In this document: in pieces, positions 28,801-39,530 of the stretch
Position numbering within the stretch: position 1 is the first letter of the stretch
Layout of the letters: the number at the start of each line of letters is the position of its first letter
Notes under the pieces: generated by a model
Told to the model about the DNA's origin: nothing
Database searches by the model: none
Seen by the model: the letters and a program-made list of their open reading frames with translations, nothing else
Translations under genes and position numbers: made by a program
NCBI GenBank assembly: GCA_051362555.1
Contig: CM120640.1
Location: 2,914,001 to 2,978,000, forward strand
Direction: 5' to 3'
Length of the DNA stretch: 64,000 bases
From: Lingula anatina
Lineage: Eukaryota > Animalia > Brachiopoda

Positions 28801-30790
28801 TTGTGGTGATTTTACTGCATACAAAAGAACTATAGATTAGCCTGCTTTTTAATGTTGATACATCTACTAAATAGGAATTTTCTAATATAAAGAAACTGTG
28901 ACATAAAAAATACAGTATCAGTAAAATTCACAATTTTCCCCATTGAAAAAATTGACTATTTATCGTATTGGTAAAACAAAGAAAAATTGAAAAAGGTAGA
29001 TAACCATTACCTCTTCCACAAGCAGCTTGAAATAGGATTTCACTTCCACCACAATCTCATTGCAGCCAAATATTTTCAGTCTGAAGTTAAATGTCACTGT
29101 GGTCAGTTTAAAATCAAATATAATATTTGACCTTCACTGAAACATTTGACAATCAAAATCTAATCACAAACATGAGCCTAGGTTTAAAAAAAAACCCTGA
29201 ACGTTTATCATGGAACCCAACACTTAGCCAGAAATCTCAGGAACCATGAGAATTGAAGTAAAAACGCAGGATTCCACGATTCTGCGGAAAAAGCTCATGT
29301 CTGAATCAATATGGACTGTTCTGAATGTAAATATCCTGAGCAGATAGCTGTTACGTACAGCCATTTCTCTTGATAAGCAAAATATACTGTATGTCAAGTA
29401 ATATGAACAAATATTTAAAACTTCCAACACCATTTAGGAGTTCAATGACAAGAAGAAAAATGTCTGTTTCTTACTTTTGCCTTTGCTCTAATTCACTATA
29501 TCCATGGAATTCACTGTGAAATTCAGAACACTTTGTTCCTTTATCTAAACCACTGAAACAGAAAGAAACTTTGAAAAGCTATAAAACTAGTTTTCAAGAC
29601 AATTTATTACATACAGTTATACATAGTAATCTTTTGTACATTAATAATGATTTTTAAATGTTACTTCGTAAAAAATAGGTGCGATAAAATTCTTAAATTC
29701 AGAGTATACTCAGAGAACATCACATTTCAAGATTATCGTTGTAAAATAATTTTTCAAGCAAATTCTACAAACATCTCATGAGTCACATCTGAGTAACATG
29801 GCAAGATGATACTTCCAATATAGTTAAATCTATGAAAAAACAGAAATTTACACCAGCAATTTGAAAGCACGTTCTTCATGGCTCCAGAAATATCTGAGAT
29901 ACTGATGCACAAAGAATCTGGTATGAGGACGCTGAAATAGAAAAAAAACAGAACAATTGTGCCTTTACAATTGATACAGAGGATTTGTACATACAGGTGA
30001 CTTTAATAAGCAGAGGATTTTCTTTTATATTCCGTGAAAATACACTAAATTTATAGAAAATAATATCATGGTTGGCCAAAAAATTGTACGCACAGTGCAT
30101 CCGTGCGTATGCCTAGTTACGCCCATGCTAGGTACAACATATATCTCACATAGGATGATAATACTTAGCAACTGCATGTTATCAAATGCCATTGTTAAGC
30201 ATTACCTAATAGAAAGATGTTAAATCAGTATCTGGATATTCAATTTCAATATACTCATAGAGGGCTTGTTCTCTATCAATGTTTAAATTCTGTAATAAGA
30301 ATACCTGGCAAAGCAAAACTGATTAATAATGCAATTTCTTCACTTAAAACCACTCCTTAATGTCAAAATGAAAATGATAATATATAAATAAACAGAAATG
30401 CTTCATGTATTTCTGTTTAAGTTCTTAAACCAGTCATATGAAAAAATTTGGAGTATTTTGTATTATCATCAACTTAACTAAATCTACAGAATGGGTAATA
30501 ACACATACCTTTTTTCATATATTTCAAGGAGGTACTTTTCAACAAGATTTATAAATTTGGATTTTTTTACAAATTCTTTATGTCCAAATATTTAACTACC
30601 ACCAATTACTATTAAGGTTGCTATTTTTATGAACATTGTATGGAGGTAATATAATTTCTACAGTTTACACGTCGTATTTTAAAAACAGTTGGTAAATTCA
30701 GCAACTTACACACAAGTTTTATACATCTGTACAACATTACATTGTTAAAGGTTACAGACTAAAATCCTCAAATGACCTTCTTCCGCCCGC

Positions 30791-30828
<38 letters not shown>

Positions 30829-33800
30829 TCAAAGAAGTACTGTTACACCAATAACTCTATATGGGTATGTTAAATTGATACTGTTTCTTACTGTTTGTGA
30901 CCCAGTAGAGGACGCTCTTCCCACACTTGGAAAATCTTAACCTGAGAATCTTAATTGTTATATTGTTATAAAGGGGGTTATAAAAGTCATGTATCCTGTC
31001 TTACCTACATTCCCCTAAGAATTGTTAGTGATTTTTAACAATTTGGGAATAAATTACGTCATAAGAAATGTCACAAATTTGTTATTACCAATGTCGTTCC
31101 AATCAAGAATGTGACGCACAGTAGGCGATAGACACAATTAAAGAAAGAAATTTCCTATTTTTGCTGATTAAATCTTCACTACTTCTGGAGAAAATATTAA
31201 GGTGATATATTTCTTAACAGCTAATTGCCTAAAGAACCGTACTGATAGCAGCAGTTAACTAAGGTTAACTTGAAATCAAAAAATGATATCTTTATACCAA
31301 CAACTCTACTAATTCTATCTAAAACACATTTCATTATATGGTAACAATGGTTTTGTGACAACCTCTCATGATTCGCTGAAATTTAACTTGTCAACTCCAG
31401 GGTCCCCTAATATTAATTTTTTTAAAAATCTTTTCACTTTTATTCACATTTTGACAAAGCAAATGTCTACATTCTTGTACAGCTCTAAAGTTACAATAAA
31501 TACAAGAATTTTATTTGGCAAATTGTTGAAATAAGGCCTCAGGCAGACACATGGTTTGTTCAGCTTTATGGACACTGCACAACTAGTTCAATGCAGTGTG
31601 CTGTCTAGAAGTAGAACACCTACAGACCAGTATATGTATTCTGTCAATGAAAATCAGGCTCGTAAAGCACACATTTCTATTATCAGCAAAGCAGGCAATG
31701 TGTCAATAACATCCACTGGCCTTAAATAAATAAAATGTTTACTCAGATGCAAACTTATTTCATATATAGCAAGTAAATAATTAATTCAAAATGGAGTTGA
31801 GCTGTATCAAAATGTTCAAAAACACAATGGCGTGTTACCCGTGTTTAATAAATCATCCACCTACCTGCTTCGGTGTGAGGATTTTTGTATCTTCATCTGA
31901 AAGGTTTTCAGACTTCACTAAGGAAATGCTTCTATCTCTGAAACTAGACAGAAGACATTTTCATTTAAATACGATGATGAATAAATGTTGTATTTCACTT
32001 AAGGTCTTATTACAAAGATTATTTGATTTTTTCAATGACCTGTTCATTAGTGATTTTAGTATTTTTTTTTTACAATATGTGAATATTTTTAAATGTTTGT
32101 TTATCAGTAATATTACTACTTACTCCCCTAGTCCTTCCTCTAAGAGTAAAATCTGGACCTCTGCTGTTAACTGTTGGTTAAAATGGTCCTACAAATATTT
32201 AAAAACAATGATTTTAACAGATTTCACATGGTAAAACATTCTTCTTACACATAAAAAGATGAAAAACATGACACTACAACAAAGTAGGACTATGTGAAAT
32301 CAAACCAAGCTTTTGAAGGACAATTTTTTCTAAAAAATGAATTCCTTGAAAACAATTAGAATTATACTGAAAAACATCAATGGTTGGACTCATATTTTAC
32401 ATAATGTAGTTAAGTTTACCCAAATGCCTAATATTGTGATTTGGGAATTCTTTGCCTTGTTATACAAGTCCAAGTTTTTTTTTATTTTTTAACATAAAAT
32501 ACATGCTATTAGGCTAAAATTAATTATTTTCTTGATGAGCCAGAAAAGTACAATAAACAACATCTTAACCAGATAAATACAGCATTATAAACCTAGAATC
32601 CTCATACCTTGAGCAAAACCTCGTCTGCATAGGCCAGCAAGCAAGGCATCTTGGTAAATTTAATCTTCCAGTCTGGCCTCCAATATAGAACCAGCCAGAA
32701 TCCTCCAAGTGTCACGACGCACAGGACATAGTACAGGAGACTACGCCACACAGTCTTCTTGTAGCCATAGCAGACCTACAGTCAATGAAATGATTTTAAT
32801 AATCCTTTTTAAAATGAGGTATAAGAATTGTTGTTGTTGTCTTTCAAGTACAATATGCTCAATTTCATATTAGGGCCACAAACACTAGTTTTAGCTAGTA
32901 ACTGTCACTGCAGATTTTTTTTTTTCGCAAATGTATCACTGCAATTTATTAGGTGTAAACAAAATCTGTATCAATTGTCCCAAACACCTTATCATTCATT
33001 CTAATCAAATATTTCCAGCATTCATAACAATTATATTATAGATTTTTAACACAATCCTACTGCTATCAGCAATGTATGAAAGTGAAACTAATACCCCGTT
33101 CACACTACGCTCAGTTATCCGGATAAATTGCGAATTAGGTCACAATTCGAATAAATGCAGTAGTGTGAACGCAAGAGGATTTTTGTAATGCGCATTTTCA
33201 AAATCCTGCAAGCGAGGTGGATTTCTAAGCGCGATCCGGATAACTTACCGGAATCGACACCTGTACAGATCTAACTGCACATGCGTGCAGATAAGTGCGG
33301 GTATCTATGAACGCTTGTTTATTACTTTAGCGATTGCACCAAACGTATTTGGAGGTCGCCACTCACTACAACATGAGGAAACAAACTTATTTTGCCATCT
33401 TATACTTCTCAAGAATGCTGGAATGTCTTTAGAGTTGCATTTGTCGTCACAAATTGTTGTTGGTATTTTAAGATTTTCTGTGCGGCGCATGCGCGAGTGT
33501 TCAAAACAGGAAGTTAAACCTGAAATTTTCAACGTGGGATTCGGATTCGCTTAGCGTGTGTGAACGCAATACCGAATCGGATTCCTAACGAAAAATTCGG
33601 ATTATAGAAATGCGCATTTTTGCAACTGTAGTGTGAATGGGGTATAAGACTCATCTTTTCAAATTCAATGCAAACTCAATTAATTTAAATAGAATTTCAA
33701 CAGCACTTTTCAATTATATTAATTCATAAAGATCAGAAGTAAACCTCCCCACAAGGAATGCAGACCAAGTCCAGCTTTGAAGAAAATCCAGCTCAATCAT

Positions 33801-36800
33801 TTTGATTTTTGACATAAAATCGCATTTAATTTTTTCAAGAATCGAATTCTTACCAACTGATCATCTGTTCCTTTGTTGAGTATCTGAGAAAAGTTCTGCT
33901 CAGGTGGTCTCAGTTGCTGGTAGCCATTCCTGCTACCTACATCATGACAGAGAAAACAATTTATCAACACAGAAATACATGGGGGTACACACATACATTT
34001 ATGTACTACATAATGCACTTCTCCAGAGCATTATTGTTTGTTTAATAGGGTATCGCGCACTTGTAGCACTAGCAGACATGGTGTCGTGGATATCAGGCAA
34101 GGGGGGTGCAGTGCATACCAAAAGGACGCATTCATATTTCCCACCCAAACACCCTAATGTCAATAAAAAATGATAATGTCAATGCACACAGGGTGATATG
34201 AAAGAGCAGATTTTCCACATTGATGACAGATGTTTTTGTTCAATTGTGGGTATTCCCCCTCATTTCTTTATGTGAATGGTTTATGATTGCACGTATTGTC
34301 AGAGATATGACTCAATGGTTTTTTGTATCTGGTGGTTGGTTGAATTCCCCCCTTACAAAAAAGTCCTATTGGATCCTATAGGACTTTTTCATAAGTGATA
34401 AATATATTGATAGAAGTCCAATTATAAGTACATGTATATATATTTATATGTATTCTAACCATGGGATTGTTACATAGGAAATTCAATATATCATTTTAAC
34501 ACTGTCAAAAATCCTTTGCTAGATCTGAAACAGGATGCTTTAATGTCTCAAATACATAGAACATGCCTTTAAAGTATGTATCTGGTTCCCATGGTCACCA
34601 AGTACTGCAACTAAGTAAATAAAGCACAATTATGCAACGTCAAATTGGAAATCTAGAGGCAATAAAAATTGACATGAGAATTTAAAATACAAAGAAGAAA
34701 CCCAATCTATAAATACCCAATACATCAAACATTAGGCATTTGAACCATGTTACATTTTGAAAAAAAAAATGTTTTTGACTGTGGGTATTAATCACATCTT
34801 TATCAATTGCAACTACTATCCTATGTCTAGGACAGCACAGCGCACCAAGTACACAGATCTATATGAATTTTACAGCAAGTCCACAACCACACCTTTGGTA
34901 AAATTAAAAGTTGAAACCATTAATTTTCTTACTACTGACACAATACCAGCATTTCCCTTTAAACAGTGGATAGACCCATTTCTTTTCCCATCACTACTCA
35001 ATCAACAAACAAAACTGACTACTCCCTATTTACCTTGTCACCACTATCATAATTACACTGTTACACACCACCTGACTGGACATTTCATGTGGTGGTACTA
35101 TGTAATAATTTCAGAGGTCTGCTTCTCTATGGGTCGTTTAGTAGTATGTCCCCCTTTGTATAAAGTTCTGTAATGCTTCATATTCCTACAAATCTAGTCT
35201 GAGTAAAATGTATTATAGTACTAGCTAGTACTCATTTCCTTTTTCATGGGATAACACAAAGAACAAAAATGAATGCAGCAAGATAAATTTTTACAAAGGG
35301 GAAGACTACATGCAGAATGACCCTCATATAGACAAAACTGTGTAAATATGGAATATAATATCATATCAGGCAGCAGAAATATAGGAATGACATTTATTCT
35401 AAGCTACAAAGACAAACATAAAAAATTCCCATATAAACTGTGTAGAATACCTTCCTCTTCCTGATAATTCTTCTTATCTGAAAGCAGCATGTTTCATACA
35501 AATTCATACATTTCAATTTCAGTATATTTACTGTTCAATACACAACCCTGCAAAAATTTGTCTCATTTAACGCTCACTTACGGTTCTCAATCTGTCCAAG
35601 AACATAATTTTTTTTTCTTTTAATGAAAAATGTACTTACTAGTAATCTGTTCTAGGACATTCTGAAAGACTTCCTGAAAAATTCCTCGAACTGTTACATT
35701 CATTACAGAACAACATTAGAACTGTAAAAAAAAAAAAAAAAAAAAATACACCAACTATTCTAGAATAGATTGAGAATATTAAATAATACAGATTTTTGCA
35801 AGGGAAGTAAACAGCAGTCATTTTTATTTCAAAGATCCATCGAATTAGCAACCTTGCTTGCTTTGGTAATCTCTTTAGTTATGGGAGGGGGCAAAGATGA
35901 AGGAAAGACAGAAGGAGCCAATGAAAAGTGAGCACTGGCCTGTGCAGGTCATATGAGTTACTCACAAACACTTTAATTTAGTTAAGTTGATCTGTGAGTT
36001 ATTACAAAGGCATCTAAACTTAGAACTTGTCTTCTGTACATAGATAAAAAGATAGTTTACAAACACAGTTGTACTACACATATGAAGTCAAGTGTGTCTC
36101 TGTTACACTTGACATAGGGACTCCCAGTGAACTTTTGACTGGGATTTATAATCTGATAATCAGATTGTAATAACGACACAGGTTTACTGTGTCAGCTTCA
36201 TATACATTCCTTTACGCCCTTTACGCCTTTGCACCATTGCTATCCAGCATCTTTAATGCCTTACAGTATAGGTTCTACCTAGTAAAAATGTGACCTATAA
36301 AAAACATAATTCTTATTTTTGATTTTGTCTTTTTTTAATGGGACAACAGAAATGAATAACATTTTTTAATAAATACACCATCCCAGGGAGTCATAATGCA
36401 CCTAGATATTGTTGAAGAGGAAAAACAATGCATGGGCTCACTGTTGTAGGTGATAACAAAATTTTCTTAAGGAAAGGAATGATGTGTGGAAATAAAAAGG
36501 GAAAAGTGAACCAGAGACATAAAGAAATGACTCATATATATCTTTTTCTTCATATGGACTTTGATTCTTTCTGATCAGTGAAAGTAGACCATATATTGTT
36601 CTCTAGCACTCTGCCTTTATATATATAAAGAGAAGCTCCTACTGACCCAAGTAAAACTTTATCAAACCACTCTTTCTGCTTAATTTTATTTAGTACTTAT
36701 TACTTTGCCCCCAAATGAGAGGAAAACTGCAGTCAAGACAGGGTGTCTCGAACATCGGAAGATCATTTTAATAATATAAAGATTTGGGGGGGGGGGGAGT

Positions 36801-37102
36801 ATAAGTTTTCCCTCTCACCTAAACAAGTGCCAAGTGGAGTGAACTGAGGCATTTAGCCCAATAATATACTGGTATTATTCTACAATAGTACAAATGAACG
36901 AAAGAAAGATATGGCCCCCGTTTAACTGACAGCACTGGTTAATTGTTCGAAGTACCAGTCGAGTACGTCGGGTGAACTCACGTCAGTGGCACTGAGACAG
37001 ATTAAGAAGACTGCTAATGTCACATCCCTGCAGGCTGCTAACAGTACAGTACGTGTAGTATTATTAATCCTGTAACCAAGTCTCACCTGATAGGAGGCTC
37101 AT
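7848..37102 (-). CDS. ATP13A3: P5B-type ATPase (ATP13A2/3 family, probable polyamine transporter), paralogue 1; complete, 1200 aa with exon 17a or 1195 aa with 17b
   Basis: Exons: 37087-37102 (tentative start), 33854-33936, 32608-32775, 32124-32188, 31865-31937, 29852-29931, 29475-29552, 29011-29080, 28476-28610, 27763-27835, 27142-27273, 26410-26577, 19195-19352, 18677-18865, 18205-18266, 17770-17914, [16609-16728 or 15927-16031], 14884-15037, 14471-14591, 13754-13878, 13210-13394, 12913-13017, 12610-12689, 12329-12371, 11846-11955, 10999-11095, 10548-10620, 9924-10080, 9201-9355, 8760-8848, 8362-8451, 7848-8051. All are GT/AG and in phase. Motifs: TGES, PPALP (P5B M4), DK|TGT phosphorylation site, [49 protein letters not shown]-terminal WPP. 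Confidence 0.95.
9630..9815. mobile_element. Hairpin MITE-like family A, copy 2
   Basis: Same inverted arms as 2470-2640. Confidence 0.7.
11329..11416. repeat. (CA)n microsatellite
   Basis: Near-pure CA run next to the 60-bp array. Confidence 0.95.
11443..11899 (-). repeat. 60-bp tandem array (about 7.6 copies) made from the 3' end of ATPase exon 11846-11955 plus its splice donor
   Basis: The unit recurs in register on consecutive 60-nt lines. On the minus strand each unit is ..[19 protein letters not shown] followed by GTRAGT. Confidence 0.97.
15424..15600. mobile_element. Hairpin MITE-like family A, copy 3
   Basis: Arms ggggactctcactgagtgcaatcagat / atctcattgcattcggtgtgag. Confidence 0.65.
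15645..15897. mobile_element. MITE-like family B with gatcgatc motifs (inverted copy 60095-60313; more divergent relatives 46383-46597 and 47853-48026)
   Basis: 60095-60313 is a reverse-complement match. Internal inverted arms ctcgctaaattgctttcagcttaagc / gcttaagttgattgcaatttagtgag. Confidence 0.75.
15927..16031 (-). CDS. ATPase alternative exon 17b ([35 protein letters not shown])
   Basis: 105 nt, AG/GT, phase 0-0, homologous to exon 17a. Confidence 0.85.
16378..16560. mobile_element. Hairpin MITE-like family A, copy 4 (between exons 17a and 17b)
   Basis: Arms cagggactcttcctaaatgccatcagattaac / gttaatctcattgtattgagttagtcccctg. Confidence 0.65.
16609..16728 (-). CDS. ATPase alternative exon 17a ([40 protein letters not shown])
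   Basis: 120 nt, AG/GT, phase 0-0, homologous to exon 17b. Confidence 0.85.
17410..17514. repeat. Short inverted repeat or tiny MITE
   Basis: taatacaagatcttacac..gaaac / gtttc..gtgtaagatcctgtatta. Confidence 0.55.
19391..19625 (+). mobile_element. Short Helentron/DINE-1-like non-autonomous element
   Basis: Starts aactag. Subterminal inverted repeats acctctgccaagg (19418-19430) / ccttggtggaggt (19610-19622). Terminal hairpin acctcc-ttggt-ggaggt and an (acaa)-type microsatellite. Family assigned from architecture only. Confidence 0.55.
19869..20327 (+). repeat. 5' LTR
   Basis: tgttgtcgc...ccgcaaca, containing TATAAA and AATAAA. Confidence 0.97.
20403..25501 (+). pseudogene. BEL/Pao gag-pol polyprotein, disrupted by two frameshifts and one stop
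   Basis: Triple Cys/His knuckles ([37 protein letters not shown]), protease LLDNGS, RT YVDD, RNase H FCDAS, integrase H-H-CC and D-D-E (GIDIFG, SDNAT, GIWERM). Frameshifts near 22365 and 22995, and TAA at 22456-22458. Confidence 0.92.
25493..25676 (+). repeat. Tandem duplication of about 92 bp in the retrotransposon 3' UTR
   Basis: ttaagatatgt..gaataagaataagta occurs twice with a few substitutions. Confidence 0.85.
25847..26305 (+). repeat. 3' LTR
   Basis: Matches the 5' LTR apart from one G/A and one T/C difference. Confidence 0.97.
26762..26907 (+). repeat. Dispersed repeat (second copy about 29175-29304)
   Basis: agcctaggttt-A(n)-ctgaac.tttatcatgg.acccaacac..aatctcaggaaccat.agaattgaa..gaaaagct shared by two introns. 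Confidence 0.75.
33092..33644 (+). mobile_element. MITE of about 553 bp, PIF/Harbinger-like, copy 1
   Basis: TIRs taccccgttcacactac / gtagtgtgaatggggta with TAA on both sides. A highly similar full-length copy lies at 63327-63880. Confidence 0.88.
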
Positions 37103-37269
37103 CTTCAAACGTATCCAGAATATTTCTCATTCCTTTCTGTCTTGATCAGGTGATTATCCCTCTAGTTTCCTCGGTGGTTTCGCTTTGGATAGATAGAACG
37201 TTTAAGAAAAAATGACATAAATACGAGGATTGAAAGTGCAACCAGGGTTAACCATTATGGAAAGACGTT

Positions 37270-37296
37270 GCACTTCCTATCCCACAATGCAATTGA
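37270..37296. promoter_or_regulatory. ZNF143/Staf-like motif in the putative promoter of ATPase paralogue 1
   Basis: tcccacaatgca resembles the TTCCCA-N-AATGCA core, about 180 nt upstream of the tentative start in a locally CpG-richer stretch. Motif match only. Confidence 0.3.
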
Positions 37297-38110
37297 ATGA
37301 CCCTTCCTGTAGACGCACCTGTCGCTTGCCTGTTTACATATCATCACACATTTATAAAGAAACGACGCAATTGCTTACAGTGTGTTCCATCAGTGGGCTT
37401 TTGACGTAAATGTAACATTGCAGTTATGAGGCTTAAAATAATGCATAAACTTATATATAAAGAGCAACTCTTTGGGATTTACCCGCCAAAATTGATTTTC
37501 CCGGGAAAATAAACAATTTCTCGTACTCACGAATCATTTATCTACCCCTCTCTTTCGACCTTTAATTAAATTTATAAAGCTTAATTTATTTTAAAATGGC
37601 TGGCCAGTCATTGTAACCAGCGACCACCTTCCTAACCTCCGAAGTATCATCAAGTATCATCAAGTAGGCTACTGTACGCTCTAGAAAAAATATTGAAAGG
37701 AGTTAAATCATTTTTAAGATGTAAGGTTTTATAAGAAGCTGTGGATGACAAAAATAAGCATTGTGGGGATTTTCAAACCCATACAGCATGCTTTTCACCT
37801 TGCTTGAGTAGCTGCAGAGGCGCGAGCAATTCCTTAAAGGCTTTAAAATATACGTTTTTTTTCGTATCTGAAATTGAATATCTGCTGGCTTTAGCCACAC
37901 TCTCTCTGTTCCTAAATGTGTTTTGTTCATGATGATAGATCTATAAAATGTGCCAAGTGCTGTTGTCACAAGATCCGTATCTTGTAGGCCCCTACCAGCC
38001 GAGCGAGTCGTCTCATGTATTATATAAGATAGGGCTATTATTCACTTTTTATGGAGACACGTCACTTTTTTTTTTCTTTTTTCATGAATGATACCTGTAG
38101 ATGGCCTATT

Positions 38111-38290
38111 CCGCATATGAGGCACAGGGGCGGATCCAAGAATATAGAGGGGGGGGGTCAAATATATTCTTGGATCCGCCCCTGTGCCTCATATGCGGAT
38201 CCAAATATATTCTTGGATCCGCATATGAGGCACAGGGGCGGATCCAAGAATATATTTGACCCCCCCCCCTCTATATCCGCCACTGAGGCA
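38111..38290. repeat. Nested palindrome (inverted triplication) built on a tiny CAGGGGCGGAT..ATCCGCCACTG MITE
   Basis: A 36-bp unit appears in +,-,+ orientation. Arms 38142-38204 and 38213-38276 are near perfect. Confidence 0.9.
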
Positions 38291-39530
38291 CTAGTATTTG
38301 ACAGTCAGGAAGAGTGTTTACGACTCCCTCAGACTGCCCCTCCCCCTCCCCGCCAAGCTATCACTGTATATTCTCTGTATGACCACGCTGTTTTCGCACC
38401 GATAATTGTGAAAATTGCGTTTCAGTATCTACTGGGCGAGAGAAAATCCAATTTGCCAAGCCAACGTCCGTCTCAAACATCGGTCCATGCCGGCAATTAA
38501 TCATCTTTGTTTCAATATGATTAAAACTATTGGCCCCTATATCGTTTTTTTTTACCTGAAATAAAGGGAGACACTTGTAGAAATCGATAAGTTTATTTTA
38601 AGTTAGCTATAACACATAGGACTCTCGATAAGTTTATGTCAAGTTGGTTATATCACATAAGGCCCTACATGAGACCAATGAATGATTTGAAGCGTATATT
38701 ATAAAATCAGCTTATATATATATATTTTAGTGTGAAAATAGATTTGGCTGATTAATATGACGCCAATTACCTAATCACGTACATCACACATACAGTACTG
38801 ACATGGTGCGTCAATAAAGTTGGATTTAATCCAAGTTGGACAAAACAAATTTTATCTTATCAATTGGCTCATGAGATAAAAATATCAAAAGCCAATTGAT
38901 AAGAGAAAAAAGTCTCTTACAAATAAACAGATGAGGACATTCACGGATCCAAGATATGTATTAGGAATGAAGTGGTAGGATTTTTTCCACATAGATCCGC
39001 CTGTGTCATAATATTCAATGTGTACAGGCATATTTTAGTAAGAAAGGTGTCTAAACTGATCTGAGTTGGAGGTGAAATTACCGAACCATAAAACAACGCA
39101 ATTCTAACCACTATCTCGCCGATTCATTCAGATACATAAACAAATTTAGAAACAACTTATCTGATTCTACATGTACGTGCGACATTTGAACAAATAAAAA
39201 AAGTCACGCGTTTGTCAAACACAGCGTTAACCAGATATCCTATCATATTAGTAGCCATTCCTCTGATTAAAAACCCTGGAATTTTCATGGCTAAATGAAA
39301 AATTAACAAAAATTATTAAATACAAAGAGAGAAAGAAATAAGCTGAACGGTGTAAGAATGTAATGAAGGGCAGACACGCCGATGCGCACTTTGGGACTAG
39401 GATTTTCCCATTTCAGTGCCTCCTAGAGAGTAAATTAAAACTTTATTCGGTGTTCATTGCCATTTTCTTATTTGTATTTGATATCAAACGCACGCTGCAA
39501 AGTCGATAGTGTTTTCTTATGTTATTTTTT

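Noticed and set aside
33285-33554. ORFs shared between the two 550-bp elements
   Set aside because: No transposase motifs, and the frames are not preserved between copies.
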